The notes beneath the pieces are model-generated. The model did not search any database. It had not been told where the DNA came from and was given only the letters and a program-made list of their open reading frames with translations. Made by a program: the position numbers and the translations under genes. This document shows, piece by piece, positions 18,898 to 28,172 of a stretch of DNA of 64,000 nt (position 1 is the stretch's first letter; each line of letters starts with the position of its first letter). Origin of the DNA: a virus; the IMG/VR virus record IMGVR_UViG_3300032315_000774, positions 1 to 64,000 of that record. One strand, written 5' to 3'.

Positions 18898-19779
18898 TCA
18901 GGCGCCAGCTTCGTCGCGGAGCGCGACCCGGTTCTCGGCCTCGATGCCGAACACTGAGCGCGCACAGTCGCTGCCGACCCAGATCGAGCGGGGCTGCTTG
19001 TCGCTGGTCACGACCACCGGGACCCAGTTGGCGGCGTTCGTAATGCGATGCCCGCACGCGTGGCAGCACGAGTACCGCGACGCGAAACGGCTGGTGTTGT
19101 GCTTGGTGCTCTCGGGCCACTTCAGCGTCGGCCGCCACGACCCGCCACCGTCAGGCACCAGCTCGATCTCGGGCATCGAGATCTCCGCCTCGGAAGCCTT
19201 CACAAACCCCATGTCCTGAAGCGTCGCCGTGATCGTCGGCGACACACCCAGCAGCGTGAACACCGGCTTCGGTCGCTGCGCGTCGAGCGCCTCGAACGTC
19301 TGCGCGACCAGCTGCGCGTCGTCGCGACGCGCGAAGATCTCATCGAAGAGCTTCGCCACTGCGCCCTTGTCCTTGTCCTTCTCGATCTCGTCGATCACCG
19401 CGTTCCGCACGAACGCAAGGTCCCCCTCGAAGTCCTGCCCGTCGTAGCGCACTCGCACCCGAGCGAGGTAAAACACACCGTAGGTTGCGGCCATGTCCAC
19501 AGTGTGGACGAGGTCTTGACACGCAGGCTGATCGCGCTGCCACTCCCAGCCCTTGCGACGCAAGCGATCCAGAGCCTTGAGCATCGCGCCGCCCATACGG
19601 CCGTTCGCGAGCTTCTTGCTGAGGGCAGCCCGCAGCTGCCGGGAGGTGTGCTCCTCCCAGTAGCCCTGGGTGACGGACTGAGCGTACGCCGCACGGAGCG
19701 TGGCGTACTTCGCCTGCTCCTTCGCAGGCAGGAAGGTGGCCAGGTTGTCGGAGGCGGTGAGGATGGTGTTGGTGTCCAT
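18898..19779 (-). CDS. Hypothetical protein with C-terminal Zn-finger (CxxC..GSDC)
   Basis: CHACGH...WVGSDCA; ATG 13 nt after motif copy 5. Confidence 0.75.
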   Translation of the reverse strand: MDTNTILTASDNLATFLPAKEQAKYATLRAAYAQSVTQGYWEEHTSRQLRAALSKKLANGRMGGAMLKALDRLRRKGWEWQRDQPACQDLVHTVDMAATYGVFYLARVRVRYDGQDFEGDLAFVRNAVIDEIEKDKDKGAVAKLFDEIFARRDDAQLVAQTFEALDAQRPKPVFTLLGVSPTITATLQDMGFVKASEAEISMPEIELVPDGGGSWRPTLKWPESTKHNTSRFASRYSCCHACGHRITNAANWVPVVVTSDKQPRSIWVGSDCARSVFGIEAENRVALRDEAGA

Positions 19780-19792
19780 GCCCTACTTCTAC

Positions 19793-19808
19793 TTCACTTC
19801 GCGTGCCA
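19793..19808 (-). promoter_or_regulatory. Motif copy 5
   Basis: Exact copy, 13 nt before ATG. Confidence 0.8.
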
Positions 19809-19814
19809 ACATCT

Positions 19815-20516
19815 TCACTGCTTGGGCTGTGAGAGGTGAGCGAGCGACCCCCGCACAGGATGGGGCTTGGTGTGGTCTTCGGCCTGAGCGAGTGCCGTGG
19901 CCAACTTCTCGATCTTCTGCTGAGCCTGAGCGACCGCTTCTTCGATGCGCTCCTCGATCTCGCTGACGTCGAGCGGGAGCGTCATACCGCCCGTCCACTC
20001 TTGGACCACGACCATGTCGAGAACTTCGACCTCGACACACATCACGATGGTGTTCTCAGTTGCGTGCTCGATCGCACGCAGGAAGCAGCGCTTCTGGTCG
20101 CGTTGCTCCTGAGACCAGACGCCCCGAGACATGCCGCTGGGTTTCCAGGTGACGCCATCGCTGACCGTCACCCACGCACCGAACACGCGGCTGTAGATCG
20201 TGTCGTGCGAGACTGCATGGCACGCGCGTGCGGTGCTGTCTTCACTCGCATGAACGAACGTCAGCTCTCCCGCCTCGAAGAGATCGGTGGCTTCGTCCTC
20301 TTCCAGCTTCACGTAGACCTGCACAGGCAGTAGACCGATCGTTCGGTCACACAGATGCTTGCGTGTGCGTGGACGCTCCTCGTTCACGACGCGGCACAGA
20401 TGCGCCGCTTGCGCATCGTTCTTCTGTCGCCAGGCAGTCTTCGCCTGGCACATCGCATTCCGAGGACTGTTACCCTCAGAACGGAACTTGATGTAGTCGG
20501 AGTACAGAGCGCTCAC
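19815..20516 (-). CDS. Hypothetical protein
   Basis: GTG 12 nt after motif copy 6. Confidence 0.65.
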   Translation of the reverse strand: MSALYSDYIKFRSEGNSPRNAMCQAKTAWRQKNDAQAAHLCRVVNEERPRTRKHLCDRTIGLLPVQVYVKLEEDEATDLFEAGELTFVHASEDSTARACHAVSHDTIYSRVFGAWVTVSDGVTWKPSGMSRGVWSQEQRDQKRCFLRAIEHATENTIVMCVEVEVLDMVVVQEWTGGMTLPLDVSEIEERIEEAVAQAQQKIEKLATALAQAEDHTKPHPVRGSLAHLSQPKQ

Positions 20517-20761
20517 GCCTGCTCCTTCTTCACTTCGCGTGCCAGGCGCGCGAGCGACCGCCACATGGCATGCAGCTCGCGCTCGTTGGCGTCCCACCAA
20601 CCAGCCGCTCGCGCATCTGCGTGCAGGGCAAAGTTCGGCCGCGATACCACCTCGCGAAGGTCGTCGACTTCTGTGCGAAGGAGATACGCACACGCCTCCA
20701 GCGACAGGTTGTCGGTCTGCCACGTGATCTCGGGCATGTTCTCTGGACGCTTCGCGTTCAT
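20513..20761 (-). CDS. Hypothetical protein ending LAREVKKEQA
   Basis: ATG 12 nt after motif copy 7. Confidence 0.65.
   Translation of the reverse strand: MNAKRPENMPEITWQTDNLSLEACAYLLRTEVDDLREVVSRPNFALHADARAAGWWDANERELHAMWRSLARLAREVKKEQA
20529..20544 (-). promoter_or_regulatory. Motif copy 6
   Basis: Exact copy, 12 nt before GTG. Confidence 0.8.
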
Positions 20762-20769
20762 GCGCTCCG

Positions 20770-21555
20770 CTACTTCACTTCGCGTGCCGACTCCTCACTG
20801 CTTCTTTTCACTCTCTTGAAGAAGTTCTCTCTGCGAAGCCACAACGCGGCGGCCTGCGCTTCTTCGTGGCGCTCCCCTTCAGACATGGGCTCTAGCGTGA
20901 AATCGCGAACCTCCAGCTCTAGTTGAGCTTTGACCTGCTCACAGATGTGGCACAAGCCCGCCTTTGGAACTTCTCGCTTGCAACGCGAGCACACATAGTG
21001 CGGCGCAGACCGAAACTTCAAGATCTCAGCTTTGGCACTGACGAGGTCTGTCGTCACACCTGTTTTCGTGAACTCCTTGTCGTTCACATGCCGCGCCCAC
21101 CATACGAAAACGAAAGCACCTGCAGCGTTCTCGTGGCACTCGACTGAAGCGTGAGGATCGGAGAGTCGCTTAGGCTCCCATTTCCCATTCTCGTCCATGT
21201 CAGCAAAGCTCGTCATCTTCATGGTGCCGTCCTTTTCGAGAGGCGCACTTGCTGAGAGTTCGCTCGCTTTTCTAGCGAGCCATACGCTTGGCTTTGACCA
21301 CATATCGCGTATCTCTTGCGATTTATGCTTGTCGCTCACGGTCGCTTCTACACCGATGGCATGAAGAGCTGTTGCCTTTGCTTCTTTCAGACCGTGAGCT
21401 TTCGTAACAAGTTCGCCGTCGACTACTACAGACCACAATCCTGTGTGTCGTTCTCCTCGCTTGTAGGCAGCGACCTCTAAGACTCGACCGTTGACTGTGG
21501 TTGTGAGTCCTGGCCCTTTACGACACCAAGCTACACTGTCTGTCTTCGCCTTCAT
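20770..21555 (-). CDS. Hypothetical protein, lower GC, with CxxC..CxxC, ending SAREVK
   Basis: 261-aa ORF with GAGG upstream. Confidence 0.6.
   Translation of the reverse strand: MKAKTDSVAWCRKGPGLTTTVNGRVLEVAAYKRGERHTGLWSVVVDGELVTKAHGLKEAKATALHAIGVEATVSDKHKSQEIRDMWSKPSVWLARKASELSASAPLEKDGTMKMTSFADMDENGKWEPKRLSDPHASVECHENAAGAFVFVWWARHVNDKEFTKTGVTTDLVSAKAEILKFRSAPHYVCSRCKREVPKAGLCHICEQVKAQLELEVRDFTLEPMSEGERHEEAQAAALWLRRENFFKRVKRSSEESAREVK
20774..20789 (-). promoter_or_regulatory. Motif copy 7 (CGGCACGCGAAGTGAA)
   Basis: 1 mismatch, 12 nt before ATG. Confidence 0.75.
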
Positions 21556-21556
21556 G

Positions 21557-21805
21557 TCAGTCCTCTAGCTTTTCTCCGGTCTCCGGGTCGAAGCCTTCGC
21601 GCTGAGCTTGCTGTCGAAACGCGTCGAGCACCGGCCGCCACGTACGCCCGTCGACCCACCGCGCGGTGTGTATCAGCTCCAGCGCGCGTGACCACTCGCC
21701 GCGCAGCGCGTGCGTGTATGCGTCGGCAGCGCAGTCCCATGCTTCAGCCTCACCTTCAGGCATCTCGACGCAGCGCGCTTCGATGAGGTCTGCAAGATGC
21801 TGCAC
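21557..21805 (-). CDS. Hypothetical protein
   Basis: Packed co-directional ORF. Confidence 0.55.
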   Translation of the reverse strand: MQHLADLIEARCVEMPEGEAEAWDCAADAYTHALRGEWSRALELIHTARWVDGRTWRPVLDAFRQQAQREGFDPETGEKLED

Positions 21806-21978
21806 GGCTCAGCCCGCCTGCACGTAGAACGCGCAAAAGCCTCTCTGGTCGCACCACATCCGTTCGACACGCCAGCCGTCAGGGCACGACTTCGCGAGCA
21901 GCAAAGCCGCACCAGGACGCACGACCGTGACCGCGAGCTGGCGGTCGTCGGACACGTGTGTCAGCCACACTTCATCGC

Positions 21979-23049
21979 TCATCGTTCGCTCTTGCGCAGC
22001 TTGTTCGGGACGATCGTCTGGTGCCGCCAGTGGTCGTTGGTCTGCACGTGGTTAGCGCGCACGTACTTCGCGACGCGCGAACCGAACTGGTCTCGCGTGA
22101 ACGACCCTGCAGGCCGCACGACGTAGCCTTCGTGCTCGCCCTCGTCTGCTTTGATCGGCACGTTTTCGAGACCACGCAAAAGCAGCTTGTGGATGCTTTC
22201 CTGCATCGAGACAGCTGCTGCCACGGACTTCGACAGCACCGGCACCGTGTGCAGCCCGAGAAGCGACGCCCACTCGACGGTGTCGGCCCACGACAAGCAC
22301 TCGTTGTCGATCCAGATCGAGAAGACGAGGAAGAACGACGGCAGCTCGCTGTAGCCGATGCTGTGCTTGGCGTACAAGTTCTCGCCGCAGATCCGCATGT
22401 TCGGTGGGATGTCGTGGCAGATCGAGGCCCAGAGACTCTTGATCCACGCGCGGTCAGGCGTCGCTCGATCGCTGTCGACCGACCGTGCGTGTACGTGGTC
22501 GCGATACAGCGTCGTGTTCTCGCCATCGAGCTTCAGTGTGGAGATGATGGTTCGGCTGAGCAGCTCAGTCGCTTGTGGCACAGTGAGGCGCTTGTCGTCG
22601 CTGGTCGCGCCTGGCGACCAGGGAAGATGCGGCGTGCGTGGATACTTCACCCACGACACGAACACGTCGGGATCGTCGTGGCCGCGCACGATGCGCGCGT
22701 GTGCCTCGGTCGCGTAGAGCGGCCCCTTGAAGCGACGACGCCCGTCGACGTACGCGTTGCCCCACTTATCGTACCGCGAGTCCGCGTCGAGCGACGGCGG
22801 CAGCAACACGCTCTTGATGCCAGCGTGCAGACGCAGCTCTTCGCAGCTGACTTCAGTCGATTCGGCCTTCACGTGGCAGCTCGCGCAAAGGCTCACACCG
22901 TTGTCGAGGTAGTAGCCGCCATCGTCCCACAGCTTGCGCTCAATGATGTGGTGCGCGTCGACGGCCGGTGCTGCACACACCACGCACGTCTGCTTGTCGC
23001 GCGCGAACACGCGCTCGCGGAAGTGGTCTCTCGTCAGCAGTGTCGTCAT
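21979..23049 (-). CDS. HNH domain fused to RNA ligase (nucleotidyltransferase)
   Basis: RD..CVVC..DAHHI..NG..LC..CH; KYPRTPHLPWS; motif I KLDGEN; CGEN; EGYVVR; VAKYVR. Confidence 0.85.
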   Translation of the reverse strand: MTTLLTRDHFRERVFARDKQTCVVCAAPAVDAHHIIERKLWDDGGYYLDNGVSLCASCHVKAESTEVSCEELRLHAGIKSVLLPPSLDADSRYDKWGNAYVDGRRRFKGPLYATEAHARIVRGHDDPDVFVSWVKYPRTPHLPWSPGATSDDKRLTVPQATELLSRTIISTLKLDGENTTLYRDHVHARSVDSDRATPDRAWIKSLWASICHDIPPNMRICGENLYAKHSIGYSELPSFFLVFSIWIDNECLSWADTVEWASLLGLHTVPVLSKSVAAAVSMQESIHKLLLRGLENVPIKADEGEHEGYVVRPAGSFTRDQFGSRVAKYVRANHVQTNDHWRHQTIVPNKLRKSER

Positions 23050-23513
23050 GACTTCTTCTCGTCCAGCCGCTCGAACGCAGCTGCAAGGATCTTGGCGTCG
23101 TCAACACGAGCGAGCACCTTGTCAAGAGCGCGTCGGACTGTCTCTTTGTACTCCTCCACCATGCAGGCGACCTCTTCTTCCGTCATACGATGAGCGAGCG
23201 GACGATAGCGCATCGGCTTGTTCGCTGGCCGATGCACGAAGCGCTCGGGGTAGCGCTCCAGCACCATCTCGACGAGCATGTCATTTTCGACACGTCGCGC
23301 TGTGCTCCAGTCGACTGAAGGAAGATCGCGCTCACGGAACGAGCCGTCCAGCTCGACGCGGATGAAGACCACCCGGTTGTGATCGTATCGCAGCTCGACA
23401 CCCGTCGCTTCGAAGATCCAAGCCGTGCGTCGCATGACGCGTCGTACGCGGAGGGCCGCAGCGTCGAGCACGTTGCGCTTGTCGTCGAATCGAAACGTGA
23501 TGACCTTGGCCAT
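23046..23513 (-). CDS. Hypothetical protein
   Basis: ATG with GGAG; ATGA overlap downstream. Confidence 0.6.
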   Translation of the reverse strand: MAKVITFRFDDKRNVLDAAALRVRRVMRRTAWIFEATGVELRYDHNRVVFIRVELDGSFRERDLPSVDWSTARRVENDMLVEMVLERYPERFVHRPANKPMRYRPLAHRMTEEEVACMVEEYKETVRRALDKVLARVDDAKILAAAFERLDEKKS

Positions 23514-23515
23514 AT

Positions 23516-23914
23516 TTACTCCGCGCAGTGTCGCCGAAACTCTACGATCTTGTCCCGAATGCGCTCCCAGACACGCGGGTCGACACGTGCGATGAGCACG
23601 AAGTCGTCGCACGTCAGAGGGTCCGTGTTATCGCCCCAGTCCGCGCGCACCACGTAGTCGACGATCTGTGCGTAACGGTCCTGCGTGGGCTCGTCGCTCG
23701 TCGCCGCTACGACCCACCGTGGCTCGGGGGACCAGTCTTCGACCGGCGTCACCGGCTCCGCGTCGCCCACGTAGCTGAGCGCATGCCCCAGCTCGTGGTA
23801 CAGGTCGGCCACCGTCAGCCCGACGACCATGTCTTCCCTCTGTTGAGGTAGGCGGCCCAGACGGGCGTCGTAGCCCAGGAAGCGAAGAAATCGGATGACG
23901 ACGTTCGCGTTCAC
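23516..23914 (-). CDS. Hypothetical protein with HExxH
   Basis: LYHELGHAL. Confidence 0.55.
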   Translation of the reverse strand: MNANVVIRFLRFLGYDARLGRLPQQREDMVVGLTVADLYHELGHALSYVGDAEPVTPVEDWSPEPRWVVAATSDEPTQDRYAQIVDYVVRADWGDNTDPLTCDDFVLIARVDPRVWERIRDKIVEFRRHCAE

Positions 23915-24222
23915 GCGGTGACTCCTACGGTATGGAGACGCGGCTCAGCGTAGCGCAGCACGAACACGAAGCGCGACGGCTCGAAGAGCTTTGCTTGTGC
24001 TGCGAGCATGCCGCGCACGACCTTGTCGTCGAGACCGAACCGCGCCCGCCACGCATCGGTGGCGAGCGCGTCGAACGTCCCTTCGGACGAGTACGGCACC
24101 TCGTACGTCGAAGACTTCTCCAGGCTCGTGAGGCACAGGAGCAGCAAGCGCACGTGCGTCTCGAACACGATCGGCTCGCGCCAAGCGAACACGTCGAAGC
24201 TCTTGAACGCAGGCTCGTTCAT
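23911..24222 (-). CDS. Hypothetical protein
   Basis: ATG with GGAGG. Confidence 0.55.
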   Translation of the reverse strand: MNEPAFKSFDVFAWREPIVFETHVRLLLLCLTSLEKSSTYEVPYSSEGTFDALATDAWRARFGLDDKVVRGMLAAQAKLFEPSRFVFVLRYAEPRLHTVGVTA

Positions 24223-24415
24223 GACTCCTCCACTGAGAACACGCTGTCCGCGACGAAGTGCTCGCGGAACACGGCACTGAAGCACAGGCCACTGTGGCCC
24301 GGTTCGAGCGAGCAGTGCCGGTTCATGTCCCTTCTGTAGTTGGCACACGTCAACACCGGGTTCGGTGGCGGAGGCGTCGGCGTCGCCCGCTGCACGTGGT
24401 TCTTGCGTCGTCCCA

Positions 24416-24886
24416 TCACACCACCTCCGCCGCCTGAGCGGCCTGCGTGTTGCGCTCGATGCTCACGTCGAGCTTGGCGGTGACGCGGCCCGCCACCTCG
24501 ACGCGGGGCGCGTTCTCGACGATCTCGTCCTGGATCGTCTGGATCGTCTGCTCCAGCTCATATTCCTTGACGAGCTGCTCCCGCATCTCGTCGTTGAGCC
24601 GAGCCGACTCGCGCAGCACGTCGCGAAGCAGGAGCTTCGCCGTCTCGCGCGTGATCCCTGCACGCTTGAGCAACACCGCCACGGTACCCAGGTTCAGCAG
24701 GCGGCTCGTCGGCCGCTGCGTGTAGCCGACACCGCGCTTGACGACGCCCGTCACACGGACGGTGAGATCCACCGACGCCGAGGAGCCCTCGGCGATCTCG
24801 GTCTTCTTGCGCTCCATGAGCGCGTCGCCGACCAGCGCGTAGAGCGCCGCCAGCTCGAAGGAGGTCAGGTCGTTCAGCGTAGCCAT
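24416..24886 (-). CDS. Hypothetical protein
   Basis: ATG 12 nt after motif copy 8; strong codon bias. Confidence 0.75.
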   Translation of the reverse strand: MATLNDLTSFELAALYALVGDALMERKKTEIAEGSSASVDLTVRVTGVVKRGVGYTQRPTSRLLNLGTVAVLLKRAGITRETAKLLLRDVLRESARLNDEMREQLVKEYELEQTIQTIQDEIVENAPRVEVAGRVTAKLDVSIERNTQAAQAAEVV

Positions 24887-24898
24887 GCCTCTCGCTAC

Positions 24899-24914
24899 TT
24901 CACTTCGCGTGCCA
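24899..24914 (-). promoter_or_regulatory. Motif copy 8
   Basis: Exact copy, 12 nt before ATG. Confidence 0.8.
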
Positions 24915-24915
24915 A

Positions 24916-25476
24916 CTACGAGGCGCGAAACCTCGGAAGCTCAGGCAGATCGTTTGACTTGACAGTCTTGGCCAGGTCGAGGAAGCACTGCGCACCGAGC
25001 ATGTATTCGAGGATGTCTCGGTTGCAACGACACTGCGTGTAGTTCTCGAATGCCGTTCGTGAATCGATGGACGCGTTTCGATGCTCCGCCCAGTCTTCGA
25101 ACGGCGTCTCGACGGTTGTCGCAGCATCCTTCACAAGCGCAAACAAGATCTGCTCTGACGTTGGCAATCTTGCGCCTTGCAAGTGGACTTGCCACGGCAT
25201 CGTGATCGCGTGCCGGTTGTTTCGTATCGTGACGCTCATGTGCACAGCGAGACTTGCCCCCTGGAACTTGAGGGTTGGCACAGAGATGACCATCCGAAGC
25301 CCAGAGCTGTAAGTCTCCTTGACCAGACGCAGCCACCAGTGCGTGACGCGCCCGAGGCCGATGGCTCGGTGCACGAGGTCGTCGGAGCGCAGGTCTCCCA
25401 GATGCACGGAGAGATCCGGTTGCGCCTTCTCCTTCTCGAAGGCCGCTTGGTCGAAAGCTGCAGGCTCGTAGTTCAT
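24916..25476 (-). CDS. Hypothetical protein
   Basis: ATG with GAGGAGG; stop abuts motif. Confidence 0.65.
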   Translation of the reverse strand: MNYEPAAFDQAAFEKEKAQPDLSVHLGDLRSDDLVHRAIGLGRVTHWWLRLVKETYSSGLRMVISVPTLKFQGASLAVHMSVTIRNNRHAITMPWQVHLQGARLPTSEQILFALVKDAATTVETPFEDWAEHRNASIDSRTAFENYTQCRCNRDILEYMLGAQCFLDLAKTVKSNDLPELPRFRAS

Positions 25477-25964
25477 GTGTTCCTCCTCTTCACCGCCTCC
25501 AAGAAGCGGTCAGCGCCTTCGACCAGATGCTCGTCAGTGTTCACATCGTCGAACTGCGAGAACTTGAGCATGTTCACCAAGTACGCGGCTCGGTCGTAGT
25601 TCTTGGCTCGAATCGCTGCGATGAGCGAGCCTTCGAGCCGTTCGACTTGCCCTCGGTACTTGTTGCGGTTGCGCTCTCGCCAGTCGGTTTCCAGAGCCGT
25701 CGCCGCAGCTTCCGCTTCGCTGACGTGAACGATGTCGTGCTTGACCGTCCGATACATCTTCGTCGTCTTGATGACCTTGAGCTTGAGCGGATGCAAGATC
25801 ACGACGTCCGCCGCACGACACGCAGCTTCTCGTGTCTGGATGAAGCTCTGAGGTTCGCGTCGAACCAGCGGGAACGTGATCGTGAGGGTCCCAGCTCCGT
25901 CTTGGAGCTTCCCTCGGAACACGATCCCTTCGATCTTTATCTCGAACTGCACTCGGACGTTCAT
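25473..25964 (-). CDS. Hypothetical protein
   Basis: ATGA overlaps on both sides. Confidence 0.65.
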   Translation of the reverse strand: MNVRVQFEIKIEGIVFRGKLQDGAGTLTITFPLVRREPQSFIQTREAACRAADVVILHPLKLKVIKTTKMYRTVKHDIVHVSEAEAAATALETDWRERNRNKYRGQVERLEGSLIAAIRAKNYDRAAYLVNMLKFSQFDDVNTDEHLVEGADRFLEAVKRRNT

Positions 25965-26416
25965 ACAGGCTCCTTCCAGTCGTTCGCCAGCATGCGCACG
26001 AACTCGTTGCGGGCTTCAGGATCGGTCGTGTAGTCGAGGACGTGCACGTGGCAGCGCGTGTCGCAGACGCGGTCCTGGAATCGCCAGTGAAAGTTGGTGA
26101 AGCACTTGCCGTGTAGCTCCGGATTCTTCGGCAAGTCGAGCACCAGCTTGTCGTCGAGGAACGCGCGCAACGTCAGCAGTCGTTGTCGACCGTCCACGAC
26201 ACTGCGGTTCCCGTGCGCGTCCTCGACGACGAAGAACGGCGGCAGCGGTACGCGCATCAGCATCGACTGGATCAGACGCGACTGCTTCTGCAGATTCCAC
26301 GTCGGAGCGTGAGGCTCTTCTCGATCAGCCAAGTACACGATGCCACCTCGAAGCTCACGTACGAACTCGTCTGCGGACATCGTCGTGCTGCGAAAGGTCA
26401 GCTCATCGAGCTTCAT
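25961..26416 (-). CDS. Stand-alone DUF262 (GmrS/ParB-like) domain protein
   Basis: W..QSRLIQSMLMRVPLPPFFV..VVDGRQRLLTL. Confidence 0.75.
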   Translation of the reverse strand: MKLDELTFRSTTMSADEFVRELRGGIVYLADREEPHAPTWNLQKQSRLIQSMLMRVPLPPFFVVEDAHGNRSVVDGRQRLLTLRAFLDDKLVLDLPKNPELHGKCFTNFHWRFQDRVCDTRCHVHVLDYTTDPEARNEFVRMLANDWKEPV

Positions 26417-26632
26417 GGTCGTCCTTCTTCCACGACACGCGGCAGTGGGCAACGGGAGCGCTCCCGAAGCGGTTGTGGCGAACGACGCGCACCTCGATGC
26501 TGTTCTCGGTGCGTGTCGTGTCGATGGGCTCGATGTCGAGCGTGGCGTTTGTCTTCTGCACACGCCACGAGAGTGCACCCAGCGCGCACGCTTCGTAGGT
26601 CCGACCCTCGCGCTCGCGTGCTTCGAGCACGA

Positions 26633-26686
26633 GAGGCCAGCCTCGACGCGAGAACGTCTCGACGTCCTCGCGTCGAGGCTGGCCTC
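26633..26686. repeat. 54-bp near-perfect palindrome
   Basis: GAGGCCAGCCTCGACGCGAG (26633-26652) / CTCGCGTCGAGGCTGGCCTC (26667-26686), plus inner ACGTC/GACGT. Confidence 0.9.
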
Positions 26687-26694
26687 CACCTTGA

Positions 26695-27654
26695 TCACGC
26701 CGTCCGCCACTTCCGGAAGTCGATTTCGCCCAGGTCGATCTCCATGTGCGGCGGCAGCGTCGCGATGACCGCCTTCTGTCGCGCCGTCTGCTTCTCCTCG
26801 CTCTCGATCGAGAACGTCATCAGCACCCAGCGCGCGACCGACATGATCAGCATGACGTTGGGCGCGTTCGCCGCACGCTGCAGCAGCCTGCGGCACGCGG
26901 GCGAGAACTCGTCGACCTCGTCGATGAACAGCACACCGTGCTCCGCGAGCTTGATCTCCTGCTCCAGACCGCGCTCCGACACCGAGTGGTGCGGCGCGCG
27001 GAACGGAGCGCTCGTGATCGGCCGGTACAGCCCGAGGTCGTCGAAGTTCTTCAGCACCTCGATCCGCGCCGCCTCGCTCAGCGGCATCATCGCCGCACAC
27101 CGACGCGCCGCCAACGTCTTGCCGACGCCAGGCTTGCCGTTGAGCAGCAGCGTGCGCTTGGTGTTCATCGCCGCCTTCAGCGCCGCGATGACGCCCAGCG
27201 GCGCACGCAGGTCATCGAACGACATGTCGGGCGCGTACGGATCGTCCTTCGACGGTGCGAGCTTCGCCACCGCCTTCGCCTCCCCTGTGACGAGGTCGAT
27301 CGGCGTCGCCTCGAAGCCCAGCCCATGCAGCACGCGCGCGAGGTCACTGGCCGCGACGATCTTCGTCGTGCATCGAGCGTCCAGCGCACGGCGGAGATGG
27401 CCCTTCATGCGGGTGACGCTCCCGAGCGCGCTGACCGCGCCGAGGTACAGCGTGTCCGGCTCGGCCTTCTTGAAGGCGCGGTACAGGATGTCGAGGTCGC
27501 TCCACATCACGCCTACCTGCTTGAAGCAGAGCTTCGCGTCCAGCAGCGCGCGTTCGAGCACAGCGGCCTCGGACGGCGTCGTCTGTCGACCCAGCAGCTT
27601 GTGCGCGGCGAGCTTCAGCTCGACAAAGTGCGGGTCGGTCTTGTCGTAGTTCAT
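26695..27654 (-). CDS. Protein with YifB/ComM (Mg-chelatase-like) AAA+ domain fragment
   Basis: GKPGVGKTLAARR, PFRAPHHSVS, LAEHGVLFIDEVDEF. Confidence 0.75.
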   Translation of the reverse strand: MNYDKTDPHFVELKLAAHKLLGRQTTPSEAAVLERALLDAKLCFKQVGVMWSDLDILYRAFKKAEPDTLYLGAVSALGSVTRMKGHLRRALDARCTTKIVAASDLARVLHGLGFEATPIDLVTGEAKAVAKLAPSKDDPYAPDMSFDDLRAPLGVIAALKAAMNTKRTLLLNGKPGVGKTLAARRCAAMMPLSEAARIEVLKNFDDLGLYRPITSAPFRAPHHSVSERGLEQEIKLAEHGVLFIDEVDEFSPACRRLLQRAANAPNVMLIMSVARWVLMTFSIESEEKQTARQKAVIATLPPHMEIDLGEIDFRKWRTA

Positions 27655-28163
27655 CGCTTGCTCCTCTTGGCCTTCTCGATCTTGCGGTACTCGTCGTGCA
27701 CATCGTGCTTCATCGCGGCCCACGCGCACTGGTGCAGCATGAACTCCACACCGTGATCGAGCAGGTGTTCGCACAGGTCGTAGTCAGAGCCTGAGCGCGC
27801 GTTCTTCGTCAAGGCCAGCACGCGCAGACTCGTCTCGATGTCGTCCGGCAGCGTCGTCTCGACCTCGTCGTCGATGTCGTCAGCGTTCGAGTCCGAGATC
27901 TCTCGGACCTTCGCCCAGTACGTCTCGTGCGACATCGTGGGCGACATCGCCGTCGACGGCGTGGACACCGCGCGGGCAGGATAGATCGCGTCGACGAACG
28001 TGATCGGCTGATCGAGTGACATGCGCACTGCCATCACGCGTGCGCATGCGTTCTCGATGTAGCCGAACGCGACGGCGTCGATCGTCAGCTCCTCGGTCAT
28101 CTCTTCGTGAGAGAGCTTGCTCCCGACGCAAGCAGAGCCTCGGTAAATGTCGTAGGTGATCAT
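27651..28163 (-). CDS. Hypothetical protein
   Basis: ATG with AGGAGG. Confidence 0.6.
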   Translation of the reverse strand: MITYDIYRGSACVGSKLSHEEMTEELTIDAVAFGYIENACARVMAVRMSLDQPITFVDAIYPARAVSTPSTAMSPTMSHETYWAKVREISDSNADDIDDEVETTLPDDIETSLRVLALTKNARSGSDYDLCEHLLDHGVEFMLHQCAWAAMKHDVHDEYRKIEKAKRSKR

Positions 28164-28172
28164 GTGTCCTCC

